A program made the position numbers and the translations under genes. Positions 49,901 to 59,595 of a stretch of DNA of 64,000 nucleotides are shown here, piece after piece (position 1 is the stretch's first letter; the number at the start of each line of letters is the position of its first letter). The notes beneath the pieces were generated by a model. That model was given only the letters and a program-made list of their open reading frames with translations, did not search any database and was not told the DNA's origin. Source of the DNA: Pyrinomonadaceae bacterium (GTDB taxonomy: Bacteria > Acidobacteriota > Blastocatellia > Pyrinomonadales > Pyrinomonadaceae); assembly GCA_046313635.1 (NCBI GenBank), contig JBKBYA010000006.1, forward strand, positions 128,001 to 192,000, written 5' to 3'.

Positions 49901-51454
49901 CGAATTTAGATTCAGATCACCCAGCGTCCGCACAGTATCGGCTCCTTCGTTAAAATTCCCGTTGCCGAAGCCGACCGACAGATTGAAGAGTTCCAGAGTG
50001 CCCGCAGCTCCATTGACGATCTGGAACTGGAAAAATGTGCTGTTCAAGATGACGGTCCCGTTATTATGATTGAAAGTCCCGCCCGTGCCGATATTGAACT
50101 GCGGCGCGGATCCGCCAAAGGTCATCGTTCCCGAAGGCGCGTTGAAGGTGCCGCCGTTGAGATTCAAGATGAAGTTTCCGGCGCTCGTGATCGTCCCGTT
50201 CTGACAGTTAAACTGTCCGCCGGAAAGCGTCAAATTAACTCCATTGAGATGGATCGTGCCGCTTCCGCATTCAAATGTGCCGCCCGACTGCGGGAAACTT
50301 AGGGCTCCGCCGGTTCCGATCTCTAGATTCGTCAGGGTGTTCCTAAACGTGCCGGCAGCCAGAGAAAGCCTCCGCAGGATAAAAGGCCCCGCGCCGCTCG
50401 TGGTGACGGTCGTATTGGGCGCGTTGAGCTCGATCGCCGGAAAAACCCGGGTCGTGTCGTTGAGCGTCGGCAGCGTTACGGTGCGCAAAGCATTGCCGGT
50501 CAGCTTCAAAAGCTCACTACTGCCGCCATAAGTATTGGCGATATTGACCGCGCCCAACGCTTCCAGCGTGCCGGCATTGAATGTGCCGGTTACAAGGTTT
50601 AAGGTCCCGAGCGTGCGCAGCGTGGCGTTTACCTGTCCGTTGAGGCTGATGACGCTTCCCGTATTGATCGTAAGGTTAAAAAGCTCGAGCACTCCGGCTG
50701 CCCCGCCAGGAAATTGAAAATTCATAAAGTGGGAGTTCAAGATGACGGTCCCGTTATTGTGATTGAAAGTCCCGCCCGTGCCGATATTGAACTGCGGCGC
50801 GAATCCGCCAAAGGTCATCGTTCCCGAAGGCGCGTTGAAGGTGCCGCCGTTGAGATTCAAGATGAAGTTTCCGGCGCTCGTGATCGTCCCGTTCTGGCAG
50901 TTAAACTGTCCGCCCGCAAGCGTGTACGCGTTGCCGTTGAAATTGACGGTCGCTCCCGTGCCGCAGGTAAACGTCCCCGCCGACTGCGTCGAGACGTCGA
51001 ACTGCGATGCCGAAATGGTAAAGGTCGTATTGTTTGCCTGCGAGATCGTGCCGGTGTAGCCAGCGTTGATATTGATGCTCCGCACCGTAACGTTTACGTC
51101 GATGACGGCATTTTTTGTGCTTGTCGCGTCGAAGATTACATCGTCGCCTGCTTGCGGCGGCACGTCGCCTGACCAGTTCGCGCCGTCTGACCAGTTGTTT
51201 GTCGTGCCACCGCCGTCCCATGTTTTCGTTACCAGCAGCCGTCCGGTCGTCGATCGATTTCCGGCATCCGCCCACGGCGTCCATGCCGGCGATGGCGGCG
51301 CGAATTGCGGCATTTCGAACGGGAATACGTCGCTCCCCTCAGCCGTAAAACTCCCGACGAGATCGCGGCCGTAAACGACTGAAGAGAGACCGATCGCTGC
51401 GAGCGCTAACAGGATAATGGTCGGCAAACTAATCATGCTTTGAGGGTTTTTCAT
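46964..51454 (-). CDS. Large secreted beta-solenoid-like protein with two C-terminal carboxypeptidase-regulatory-like domains
   Basis: Signal peptide; Gly/Thr/Asn-rich; WDGGGTTNN(W/Y)S.GANW x2; VSGRV...GFYRF and IVGRV...GGYEL modules. Confidence 0.82.
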   Translation of the reverse strand: MKNPQSMISLPTIILLALAAIGLSSVVYGRDLVGSFTAEGSDVFPFEMPQFAPPSPAWTPWADAGNRSTTGRLLVTKTWDGGGTTNNWSDGANWSGDVPPQAGDDVIFDATSTKNAVIDVNVTVRSININAGYTGTISQANNTTFTISASQFDVSTQSAGTFTCGTGATVNFNGNAYTLAGGQFNCQNGTITSAGNFILNLNGGTFNAPSGTMTFGGFAPQFNIGTGGTFNHNNGTVILNSHFMNFQFPGGAAGVLELFNLTINTGSVISLNGQVNATLRTLGTLNLVTGTFNAGTLEALGAVNIANTYGGSSELLKLTGNALRTVTLPTLNDTTRVFPAIELNAPNTTVTTSGAGPFILRRLSLAAGTFRNTLTNLEIGTGGALSFPQSGGTFECGSGTIHLNGVNLTLSGGQFNCQNGTITSAGNFILNLNGGTFNAPSGTMTFGGSAPQFNIGTGGTFNHNNGTVILNSTFFQFQIVNGAAGTLELFNLSVGFGNGNFNEGADTVRTLGDLNLNSGVISSAGTFDARGNVSIGTAFQSSPVNLRFSGANNQTYTNAGGSTPTGTWTINKTGGALTLASNLTLSQTLNIVSGEFNQGPSFDLTAAGVNLQGANATWRNYGTGDIFLAGSVSNSGGMIDIDGTTAACGEADAVQIRSTVAGTPRSWTGTGLFLVQDADVKDQAGTAAITVFGGTNTPTNGANWTFDTGCLPIKWDGGGTTNNYSEGANWLRNTVPLAVDTIVFDNTSSKFATIDQTATVGGVRINSGYTGTVSVPNGVALNVGTNGLDQPGGFLNIASGGNLVVQGNLTLSNMTQNGVMTLAGATSSNLTIPTHIDAGDLVINKSGGAGVNLINNVVADDVSLLDGTLNNGTLDARGTNVSISSNFDGGLGELLLGGTATRAVTIPAGASLPQLRVNAPNTTVNIGGAGGIVFDRPVSFQNAAAITTGAVDLTFNGSFQLATNFTQGSGAIVWNSTYSQTGGAFNGSSAPLEINGRFEVLSGSFTATSGTTTLRSTHFDPHTNGTFNHNGGTLLVAAPSALRGAGTIVLNNLTVAEHLALNSNVVRTVGTLLLQMTQAPNTGTYDAQGNVTIASSFFPTGLNFKFSGAANQTFTNAGAAPQGIWTLDKSGGTVTLASDLDISQGAPSSFVLANGTFTTGAFTVNVGGRPVVRTSGFIIGNLQRDFPSADVKTFDVGTANGYSPVTVNAFVGTSNSTLKVRAEETAHPNAPNGNGALRRFWRLTKTGTLSAVLTFNYLEVDLPPSIPESSLELKRYTGSGTLFDTVPATLDATANTITTSSPITEFSDWTLLSPLAPTSATVEVSGRVMTASGLPVYKAMLELNDLNGQIRTARSNGFGFYRFTEVPAGATYVVSVRHRGYTFLTSSRVISVNESIDDLDFIAHELSTTSDAGIVGRVMDADGQPLTEAVVEVSGGQLREPMRAVTDQMGGYELKGLKAGETYFVTVFAKGRVFRDPTLVVFLEAERREIDFTSLP
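50042..50914. repeat. 180-bp intragenic duplication
   Basis: 50042-50221 vs 50735-50914, 3 mismatches, offset 693 bp (in frame). Confidence 0.9.
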
Positions 51455-51537
51455 GACTTTCTCCTACTTACTTCCCTTCCGACGGGGCCGCTGCCAGCTG
51501 CGCGGGCCCGGCCGGCGATAGTATTCCTTGACCGAAT

Positions 51538-51816
51538 TCACTCTCGCTGCCGGAGCCCCTCGAGCGAGCGGCGGCAGATCAGCAGATGCCCGCTCTCGGC
51601 CTCGATCGAGTGCGCCGCCTCGGCCTGGACGACGGCCATCAGTTCGCGTCCCCCGATCCCCGAATAGCTCACCGCCTGGTCAAAGGACAGCAGCGGCGTC
51701 AGTGCCGCGCATCCCTCGCAGTAGCCGCTGGCTGAGAATTCGTCCGCGGCGGCCGGCCGCACGATGAACGTCTCGTCGGTCTGAATGCGGATCACAATTC
51801 TCTTGGCTTTCGGCAC
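51538..51816 (-). CDS. Small hypothetical protein with CxxC plus later His/Cys
   Basis: YCEGC...AHSIE..SGHLLIC; co-oriented upstream of the large secreted protein. Confidence 0.7.
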   Translation of the reverse strand: MPKAKRIVIRIQTDETFIVRPAAADEFSASGYCEGCAALTPLLSFDQAVSYSGIGGRELMAVVQAEAAHSIEAESGHLLICRRSLEGLRQRE

Positions 51817-51999
51817 GAAATCGGATTAAAATTCGGCTCGAACGATATACCTGCCTGTCGCAAGAGAACGGTCCCGTCCGAGCCGGTCAGCGAGTTTTCC
51901 CAGTTGACGGCCCCATTACATCGGAATGGCTCAGACGGAGTCTTGAACTCTTTTTCCGATCTTTATTGAATTTTTATCGGATATTTATCCTGTTTGCGT

Positions 52000-53940
52000 A
52001 TGTCCTGCCAAAGTAACGAGTTAAGACAATTCGCCGGGTTCGTGCTCGATACCCGGAAGCGTGTTTTGTGGTATCGGGACGAGCCCGTCAGCCTGGCCCT
52101 GAAGGAGGTCGAGCTGCTCTCCGCGTTGACCGAGCACCCCGGCGAGGTGGTCGGCAAGGACGACTTGATGGAAAAGCTCTGGGCAGATTCATTCGTCGAC
52201 GAGTCCAACCTCGCGCGCCACATCTACATCTTGCGCAAGACTCTCAAAGAACTTGGCGCCGACGGCGAGCTGATCCAAACCGTGCCGCGGCGCGGCTATC
52301 GGTTTGCTCTTCCAGTCAAGGTCCTTGAGCCGGGAACGCTCGTCATCAAAAAGCACACCAGTACCGAGGCCACTATCGATATCGAGGAGCTCTCAGATGC
52401 CCCCGACCGCTCGGCGCTTGTCGTCCTGGCGGACGGCCTTTCCCGGGTGTCGCGTCTGCCGGCTCTCGCCGCGTTGGCGGTTGTGCTGGTCGCCGCTTCC
52501 GGACTGATGTTTTATGGTTTACGCGATGCGGCCGGCAGCGGTCGAGAGTTGAATATCAGCTCGGTCGCGGTGCTGCCCTTTAGCGTCGTGGGCGGGGAAA
52601 GCGGAGATCGGCACGAGGGCCTCGGCATGGCCGACATGCTGATCACGCGACTCTCAAATTTGAAGGAGATCAAGGTCCGGCCAACAAGCGCCGTCATCCC
52701 CTTTGCGAATGTCGACGCGGCGGCCGCCGGGCGAGAGCTGCAAACGGATACCGTCTTTGAGGGAACGATCTACCGCTCCGCGGATAAGATCCGCGTGACT
52801 GCGCGGCTCGTTTCCGTCAGCGACAACAGCACTATTTGGGCGGGCGATTTCGAGCGGCCGACGTCGGAGGAGATGACTTTGCAAAACGAAGTCGCCCGGA
52901 GCGTGGCCAAAGCGCTCGCCTTGAATCTGTCGCGCGACTCCGAAACCACGCTCGCCAAACAGTACACGGAAAATCTCGACGCTTACCGGCTTTATGTGCA
53001 GGCGAGGTACGAGTGGAACAGGCGAGATTACGAGGGCGGCACGCGGGCCGGAAAATTGTTTCGCGACGCGATCGAACGCGACCCGGGTTTTGCGCTCGCC
53101 TGGAGCGGCCTGGCTGACGGTCTCAGCATTGCGAACGGATCGGCCGCCGAGGCCTACTATGCCATTCAAAAGGCCCTCGAACTTGATCCGCATCTGGCCG
53201 AAGCGCACGCGAGCAAGGGCTTGTACCTGATGTTTCAATCATGGCGCGGCGCGAACGGCCCTCAGTGGGACGCGGCGGAGGCCTCGTTCAGGCGCAGCAT
53301 CGAGCTGAACCCCAATTACACGCCGGCTCGGCAGTGGCTTGCGACGCTGCTGTCGATCAAGGGCAGGCCCCGCGAAGCGCAGGACGAGCTGCGGCGAGCG
53401 CTCGAGATCGATCCCGCCTCGCACAACCTTTGGTCCGACCTCGCGGAAGCTCATTACTTTGCCCGGGAATACACCGAGGCGGAAAAGTGCGCCTTCAGAT
53501 CGCTCGAGATCTATCCGGAATTCGTCCTCGCCTACGGAAATCTGCGCAATATTTACCGACAGACGGGCGAATATGAGAAATCGGTCGAGTATGAATTTAA
53601 GTTCGAAAGAGCATACGGCTCTCTCTCGACCGCCACCGAAGAAAGCCGCCGCCAATCCGAATCCGAGTCGGATAGGATGCGCCGGGTCTTTGCCGAGGGC
53701 GGCATCCGCGCCTTCCTGCAAAGGCGGGTCGTCGCCTCAAGCAGCGGCGACGCCAGCTCACTCTACGGCCACGCAAAAACCTACGCATTCCTCGGCGAAA
53801 GGGAAAAGGCCCTCGACGCCCTGGAACGGGCATTCGAGCTGAGGGCCTTTATGTTCGTCTTCTTCAACGCTGAACCCGCGTTCGACGATCTCCGACCCGA
53901 GCCTCGCTTTCAAGAGCTGTTGCGGAAGATGAGCCTATGA
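52000..53940 (+). CDS. CadC-like winged-helix regulator with TM helix, TolB-like domain and TPRs
   Basis: LSALTEHPGEVVGKDDLMEKLW, NLARHIYILRK, TVPRRGYRF; SVAVLPF; multiple TPRs. Confidence 0.92.
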   Translation: MSCQSNELRQFAGFVLDTRKRVLWYRDEPVSLALKEVELLSALTEHPGEVVGKDDLMEKLWADSFVDESNLARHIYILRKTLKELGADGELIQTVPRRGYRFALPVKVLEPGTLVIKKHTSTEATIDIEELSDAPDRSALVVLADGLSRVSRLPALAALAVVLVAASGLMFYGLRDAAGSGRELNISSVAVLPFSVVGGESGDRHEGLGMADMLITRLSNLKEIKVRPTSAVIPFANVDAAAAGRELQTDTVFEGTIYRSADKIRVTARLVSVSDNSTIWAGDFERPTSEEMTLQNEVARSVAKALALNLSRDSETTLAKQYTENLDAYRLYVQARYEWNRRDYEGGTRAGKLFRDAIERDPGFALAWSGLADGLSIANGSAAEAYYAIQKALELDPHLAEAHASKGLYLMFQSWRGANGPQWDAAEASFRRSIELNPNYTPARQWLATLLSIKGRPREAQDELRRALEIDPASHNLWSDLAEAHYFAREYTEAEKCAFRSLEIYPEFVLAYGNLRNIYRQTGEYEKSVEYEFKFERAYGSLSTATEESRRQSESESDRMRRVFAEGGIRAFLQRRVVASSSGDASSLYGHAKTYAFLGEREKALDALERAFELRAFMFVFFNAEPAFDDLRPEPRFQELLRKMSL

Positions 53941-54018
53941 TCGCGGCTCTCCTGTTGCGAGCGGTATCGATGACCGGCTGACAAAGGGATATGCTGGGAA
54001 TGGAGTTGAAAGCAAATT

Positions 54019-54315
54019 ATGGCGGCGGTCGAAGTGATCGGGTGGGCGAGCTCAATGATACTGCTCGCAACACTCGTTAGGCAGGTTTACAAACAGTGGA
54101 AAGAGGGCACGGCCGAGGGCGTTTCGAAATGGCTCTTTGTCGGGCAGCTCGCGTCGTCGATCGGATTTACGACGTATAGTTATCTGGTCGGCAACTGGGT
54201 CTTTACGGTGACCAACGGCATCCTGACGGTCAACAACATCTTCGGCATCGTCGCGTTCTACTACTTTAAGCGCAATCCCCGCACGCAAACTCAGACCGCG
54301 AAAACAAGTGTGTAG
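54019..54315 (+). CDS. SemiSWEET/PQ-loop-like small membrane protein
   Basis: Three TM helices; IGW, QVYK..K...EGVS, Y, VTN. Confidence 0.7.
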   Translation: MAAVEVIGWASSMILLATLVRQVYKQWKEGTAEGVSKWLFVGQLASSIGFTTYSYLVGNWVFTVTNGILTVNNIFGIVAFYYFKRNPRTQTQTAKTSV

Positions 54316-54674
54316 CCTTCGCCGTCGCGGACGACGACCTCGGTGCTGCCGTATATGCGCTTGACCGGCCCCTCGACGATCTCGACGCCGGCCGCGGCGA
54401 GCTCAGCGGTCAACGCGTCGATATCCGAAACCCAGATGTAAAGATCAAAGCTGCCCGGCCGCGCGGCGGTATTTGAGACGCCGCTCGTCTCGGCCTTGCC
54501 GAAATGCACCTCGACGCCGTCCCGCCGGACGATCGCGTAAACCGGCGGCTCGCCAAAATAGCCGAGGATCTCAAAGCCGAGGCGATCGCGATAGTATTCG
54601 GCCGCCGCGACCGCATCGGACACGACGAGCTGCGGAGCGACGCTTTTCAGAATTGCCCGCGGCGGAGCTGACAT
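54291..54674 (-). CDS. VOC/glyoxalase family protein
   Basis: PQLVVSD, YYRDRLGF, YIWVSDID, YG..E..VRDGEGY. Confidence 0.88.
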   Translation of the reverse strand: MSAPPRAILKSVAPQLVVSDAVAAAEYYRDRLGFEILGYFGEPPVYAIVRRDGVEVHFGKAETSGVSNTAARPGSFDLYIWVSDIDALTAELAAAGVEIVEGPVKRIYGSTEVVVRDGEGYTLVFAV

Positions 54675-54678
54675 CTGG

Positions 54679-56175
54679 TTAATTTCCGCCGGTCATCAAC
54701 AGGCCGATGTCCTCGACAGACGTCGCCGCCGGATCGACCTCGCCGACGATCTTGCCCTCGCGGATGACGAGCAGGCGGTCGGCAAGAGCGGTCACTTCTT
54801 CAAGCTCGGCCGAGACGAGCAGGACGGCGGCCCCGCGATCGCGCAGCTCGATCAGCTTGCGGTGAATGAACTCGATCGCGCCGATATCGACGCCGCGCGT
54901 CGGCTGCGACACTAGCAGGAGCTTTGGCTCGAGCTCAAACTCGCGGCCGATGATGAGCTTTTGCTGGTTGCCGCCCGAGAGCGACTTTGCGGCAAGCTCG
55001 GGCACGGGCGGGCGAACGTCGAAATCTCGAATGATCTCGCGCACGCGCTCGTCGATCGCCGAGCCGTTGAGAAACCCCGCGGTCGAGGCGACCGGCGGCC
55101 GGTAGTGCACGCCGAGGATCGAATTCTCCGCGAGGTCCGAATTCAAAAGCAGCCCGCGGCGATGCCTGTCCTCGGGAATGTGCGCGACGCCGAGCTCTTT
55201 GATCCTGCGGGCGGAATGACCGGTGATGTCCGTGCCCTGAAATTCGATCGTGCCGCCGTCGACCGGGCAGAGCCCGGCGAGGGCCTCGATCAGCTCGGTC
55301 TGCCCGTTGCCCTCGATGCCCGCGATGCCGACGATCTCGCCGGCACGCACACTGAACGAAACGTCGCGCACGGCGTGGCCGTGCCGGCCCGTGACGTTGA
55401 GCGAAACCACATTCAGCACGACGTCGCCGGGCCGCGCGGCGGGCTTTTCGACGCGCAGCAGCACGTCGCGGCCGACGATCATTCGCGCGAGCTGCTGGGC
55501 GTTTGTCTCCGACGTCCTGACGTTGCCGACCGCCTTGCCGTCGCGCATCACGGTCACCTCGTCAGAGATCGCGAGCACCTCCTCGAGCTTGTGCGTGATG
55601 ATGATGACGGTCTTTCCCTGCTGCTTCATGCGGCGGAGGATGCCAAAAAATTCTTCGACCTCCTGCGGCGTCAGAACGGCGGTCGGCTCGTCGAGGATCA
55701 GCAGATCGGCGTCGCGGTAGAGGGCCTTGAGCAGCTCGACGCGCTGCTGCTGGCCGACTGACAGGTCCTCGATCAGCGAGCGCGGATTGACGTCGAGCTT
55801 GAGCTCGTCGGAGAGCGCCTTGATCTCGCGGACCGCCTTGTCGAGATCGAGGCTCGCGGCCGAGCCCGTCTCGGCGCCGAGGATGATGTTCTCGGCGACC
55901 GTCATATTGTCGACGAGCATAAAGTGCTGGTGCACCATCCCGATCCCGAGCGCGATCGCGTCGTGCGGACTCCTGATCTCGACCGGCCGGCCGTCAATAA
56001 GTATCTCGCCGCTGTCCGCGTTGTAAAAGCCGTACGCGATGCGCATCACGGTCGATTTGCCGGCGCCGTTCTCGCCGACGATCGCGTGGATCGTTCCTTT
56101 TTCGACCTTCAGAGACACGTCGTTGTTGGCGACGACATCGCCGAATGTCTTGGTCATATTCCTGAGTTCGAGCAT
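54679..56175 (-). CDS. Nucleoside/sugar ABC transporter ATPase (tandem ABC domains)
   Basis: [36 protein letters not shown]. Confidence 0.95.
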   Translation of the reverse strand: MLELRNMTKTFGDVVANNDVSLKVEKGTIHAIVGENGAGKSTVMRIAYGFYNADSGEILIDGRPVEIRSPHDAIALGIGMVHQHFMLVDNMTVAENIILGAETGSAASLDLDKAVREIKALSDELKLDVNPRSLIEDLSVGQQQRVELLKALYRDADLLILDEPTAVLTPQEVEEFFGILRRMKQQGKTVIIITHKLEEVLAISDEVTVMRDGKAVGNVRTSETNAQQLARMIVGRDVLLRVEKPAARPGDVVLNVVSLNVTGRHGHAVRDVSFSVRAGEIVGIAGIEGNGQTELIEALAGLCPVDGGTIEFQGTDITGHSARRIKELGVAHIPEDRHRRGLLLNSDLAENSILGVHYRPPVASTAGFLNGSAIDERVREIIRDFDVRPPVPELAAKSLSGGNQQKLIIGREFELEPKLLLVSQPTRGVDIGAIEFIHRKLIELRDRGAAVLLVSAELEEVTALADRLLVIREGKIVGEVDPAATSVEDIGLLMTGGN

Positions 56176-56179
56176 TTGT

Positions 56180-56455
56180 CTATTTAAGGATCGTGTAGGC
56201 GTGGTAGCCGATGAGGCCGAGCCCGCCGAGCAGGCACGCCATCCCGAGATTGGCAAAGAGCCTCTGCCGGCCGTCGTCGACACGCCGCGAAAGGGCGAGG
56301 AGCACGTTGCCGCATCCGAACAGCAGCACGCCGAACGACTGCGGCAGATCTCGTTGGCCGCCGAGGCCCGTCAGCGAAAGTACGCCGAGCACGACGAGGG
56401 CTACGCCGCAGCCCATCAGTACCGAATTTGACGCTCGCCGCTGTGTTTCCGCCAT
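56180..56455 (-). CDS. Small three-TM membrane protein
   Basis: Fills the gap between the binding protein and ATPase genes; three hydrophobic helices. Confidence 0.6.
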   Translation of the reverse strand: MAETQRRASNSVLMGCGVALVVLGVLSLTGLGGQRDLPQSFGVLLFGCGNVLLALSRRVDDGRQRLFANLGMACLLGGLGLIGYHAYTILK

Positions 56456-56461
56456 CGGTCG

Positions 56462-57520
56462 CTATTTGATCATCGCGTCGGTGACCTTGATCTTGCCGGC
56501 GATGATGTCGGCCTTTGCGGCCTCGACGCGCTGGATCACGTCCGCGGGAATGAGCGGCTTGTTAAAGTCGTCCATCGCGTACGCGACGCCGTCCTTATCG
56601 AGGCCGAAGACGTGAAAGCCGCCCTGGAACTTGCCGTCGAGCACCTCTTTGACGACGTCGTAAACCGCGTTGTCGACGCGCTTGACCATCGACGTGAGCA
56701 CATAGCCGGGCTTGACGCCGTTCTGGTTCGAGTCGACGCCGATCACGAACTTGTTTGCCTCGCCTGTTTTCGGGTCGCGGCCGTACTGCTCGACCGCGTC
56801 AAAAGCGCCGAGGCCCGAATTGCCGGCGGCCGTAAAGATCACGTCGGCGCCGCGCTCGATCTGCGCGAGGGCGATCTCCTTGCCCTTGCCCGGATTGTTC
56901 CAAGCGCCGTCGGTCACGCCGACATAGTTGACGATCACGTTGATATCGGGCCTGACAGATCTCGCGCCTTCCTCGTAGCCCTTTGCAAAGCGGTGGATCA
57001 GACCGATGTCCATCCCGCCCAAAAAGCCGATCGTACCGCTGCGCGACTTGGAGGCGGCGATCATGCCGACGAGATACGAGCCCTCGTGCTCGCGAAAGAC
57101 GAGCGACGCGACATTCCGCTTAGGCGTCTTGCCGTCGGCCTCAAAGATCACGCCGTCGATGATGGCAAATTTGATGTCGGGATAGTCCATCGCCACCTTT
57201 TGCATGATCGGCCCCTGAGCAAATCCGACGCCGATGATCAGATCAAAATTCTTCTCGGCAAAGGCGCGCATCGCCGGCTCGATCGACGTCGGGCTGCCGG
57301 GCTCGATGTCGTAGAGACAGACCGGCATATCGCGCTCGGCACGCTGCACGCCCTCCCACGCGGCGGCGTTGAACGAACGGTCGTTCTTGCCGCCGATGTC
57401 AAAGACGATGCCGACCTTGATGCGGCAGTCTTTTTGGACCGCCTCGGTCCTCGACGTGCACGAGGCCGCGGCGGCGATCGCGAGCAGCCCCACGAGGAGC
57501 AGAATGTGCCTGAATTGCAT
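56462..57520 (-). CDS. BMP-family ABC substrate-binding lipoprotein
   Basis: Lipobox AASC, DIGGKNDRSFN, FREHEGSYL, IGVDSNQ, TSMVKRVD. Confidence 0.93.
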   Translation of the reverse strand: MQFRHILLLVGLLAIAAAASCTSRTEAVQKDCRIKVGIVFDIGGKNDRSFNAAAWEGVQRAERDMPVCLYDIEPGSPTSIEPAMRAFAEKNFDLIIGVGFAQGPIMQKVAMDYPDIKFAIIDGVIFEADGKTPKRNVASLVFREHEGSYLVGMIAASKSRSGTIGFLGGMDIGLIHRFAKGYEEGARSVRPDINVIVNYVGVTDGAWNNPGKGKEIALAQIERGADVIFTAAGNSGLGAFDAVEQYGRDPKTGEANKFVIGVDSNQNGVKPGYVLTSMVKRVDNAVYDVVKEVLDGKFQGGFHVFGLDKDGVAYAMDDFNKPLIPADVIQRVEAAKADIIAGKIKVTDAMIK

Positions 57521-57676
57521 AAGAGGAGTCGAGGAGATCTTAGTGACCATAGCTTACATACAACCCAAAATTTGGGCAAGGAACTCATCTGCCGCACATA
57601 TTTGTATGAGATCGGATGACCCGGATCGGGGCGAGACGCCGAGTCGGTTTTTTTCCGTGCGCCCGGAGCGGCCTCG

Positions 57677-58990
57677 TCAGCTTACGATCTCGACGACCAG
57701 CTCCGATGCCGGCGGCGGCGTGCTCTCGATGACGAAGCATCGGCGCAGGTTCTCGACCGCGTGCGCGGACGCCTGCTTCGAGCCGATCAGCCGCGCGAGG
57801 AGCTGACCTTCGACGACCGCTTCGCCAACCTTGACCTGACAGTCGAGGCCGACCGCGTGATCGATGACGTCGTCGGCCCGCGTGCGTCCGCCGCCCAACG
57901 CGCAGATCTGATTGCCAAGCGTGAGCGTATCGACCGCGGCGAGATACCCCGATCGTTCGGCGCGTATCTCGAGCGCTGAGGAGCTGTCTGCCAGGAGCCG
58001 CTCGGGCTCGTCGCAGATCGACGCGTCGCCGCCCTGCAGCTCGACGTTGCGGCGAAACAGTTCGAGAGCTTCGCCGCCGCTCATTTTTGCCGACGCGAGT
58101 TCGCGGGCTGACGCGACATTGTCGGCGATGCCAGCGAGCACGAGCATTCGCGCGGTGAGCTCGAGCGACAGTTCCCACGTCGGCACGGCGGCCGCCTCGA
58201 TCTCGCCGCGCAAGATCCGGATGCACTCGTAGACCTCGCACGCGTTGCCGACAAATCGGCCGAGCGGCTGGCCCATATCCGAGATGACCGCCTCGGTCCG
58301 CACGCCAAATTCGCGGCCCGTCGCGACCATCGCCCGCGCGAGCTCACGCGAGTCCTCGAGCCGGCTCATGAACGCGCCCGAGCCGGTCTTGACGTCGAGC
58401 ACGAGCGCGTCGAGTCCCTCGGCCAGCTTTTTTGACATGATCGAAGCGACGATCAGCGGGATGTACGGCACGGTCGCCGTGGCGTCGCGGAGCGCATAGA
58501 GCTTTTTGTCGGCCGGCGCGATATCGGCGGTCTGCCCCGACATCGCAAATCCGCACTCGCCGATGATGCGGTAAAACTCTCTGGGCGAGAGATCGACGTT
58601 ATAGCCCGGTATCGACTCGAGCTTGTCGAGCGTGCCGCCCGTATGGCCGAGAGCGCGGCCCGAGATCATGGGGACCGCAAGTCCGCAGGCGGCGGCGAGC
58701 GGGGCGATGATCAGCGATGTCTTGTCGCCGACGCCGCCCGTCGAGTGCTTGTCGGCCTTTGGCCTTTGAACGGACGAAAGATCCAGCACCTCACCCGACT
58801 CAAGCATCGCGCGGGTGAGCGAATTTTGCTCGCGCGCATCAAGACCGCGGATGAACATCGCCATCAGTAGCGCGGAGATCTGATAGTCGGCCCAGCTGCC
58901 GTCGCACACGCCGTCGACGAACGCCCTTATCTGCTGCTCGGACAGGCTCTGCCCGTCGCGCTTTATCTCTATGATCTCTTGGGGACGCAT
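57677..58990 (-). CDS. deoA: Thymidine/pyrimidine-nucleoside phosphorylase
   Basis: DKHSTGGVGDK, SGRALGHTGGTLDKLESIPG, YALRDATATV, SIMSKK. Confidence 0.93.
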   Translation of the reverse strand: MRPQEIIEIKRDGQSLSEQQIRAFVDGVCDGSWADYQISALLMAMFIRGLDAREQNSLTRAMLESGEVLDLSSVQRPKADKHSTGGVGDKTSLIIAPLAAACGLAVPMISGRALGHTGGTLDKLESIPGYNVDLSPREFYRIIGECGFAMSGQTADIAPADKKLYALRDATATVPYIPLIVASIMSKKLAEGLDALVLDVKTGSGAFMSRLEDSRELARAMVATGREFGVRTEAVISDMGQPLGRFVGNACEVYECIRILRGEIEAAAVPTWELSLELTARMLVLAGIADNVASARELASAKMSGGEALELFRRNVELQGGDASICDEPERLLADSSSALEIRAERSGYLAAVDTLTLGNQICALGGGRTRADDVIDHAVGLDCQVKVGEAVVEGQLLARLIGSKQASAHAVENLRRCFVIESTPPPASELVVEIVS

Positions 58991-59096
58991 CACTCCAAAA
59001 TGATAAAGACTGCCGGCTGTGAATGCACGGCAGTCCAATGTCGCGGCTCTACGCCGGCGACGGCGTTCGGCTGGCAGCCTGCACGCGAGCGGCCCG

Positions 59097-59594
59097 TCAG
59101 ATGCGGCCGGGAATTGCCGCCGCGTCAGCCAGCAGCACAACCGCGGAGGCGCGTACCGCCAGCCTTTGCCCGACGGCGTCGAGTCCTTCGGCGGTCTTTG
59201 CCTTGACGCTGACGTGATCCTTTTCAATTTCGAGCATGGCGGCCAGCGACTCCCGGATCGCATCGATGTGCGGCCGCAGCTTAGGTGCCTCGAGCTCGAC
59301 CGTCGAGTCGACATTTACGACCCCGAAGCCCCGCTGCTTTGCGAGCCCGACGGCGTACTTCAAAAAGACCGTGCTCTCCGCTCCGCGCCAACGCTCGTCC
59401 GTCGGCGGAAAATGCGAGCCGATATCGCCGAGGGCGAGCGCTCCGAGTATCGCGTCGGTGATCGAGTGCGCCAGCACGTCGGCGTCCGAATGGCCATCTG
59501 CACCGAGGTCGGCCTCGATCTCGACGCCGCCGATGATCAGCGGTCGGCCAGGGACCAACCGGTGGACGTCGTTGCCGAATCCGATCCTGAACAT
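59097..59594 (-). CDS. ispF: 2-C-methyl-D-erythritol 2,4-cyclodiphosphate synthase
   Basis: RIGFGNDVH, GHSDADV..H, GDIG.HFP, VKAKT.EGL. Confidence 0.96.
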   Translation of the reverse strand: MFRIGFGNDVHRLVPGRPLIIGGVEIEADLGADGHSDADVLAHSITDAILGALALGDIGSHFPPTDERWRGAESTVFLKYAVGLAKQRGFGVVNVDSTVELEAPKLRPHIDAIRESLAAMLEIEKDHVSVKAKTAEGLDAVGQRLAVRASAVVLLADAAAIPGRI

Positions 59595-59595
59595 G

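Noticed and set aside
43104..50914. Diversity-generating retroelement (Avd-like gene plus duplicated block as TR/VR)
   Set aside because: No reverse transcriptase in the window; both copies are coding and the 3 differences are not one-directional adenine substitutions
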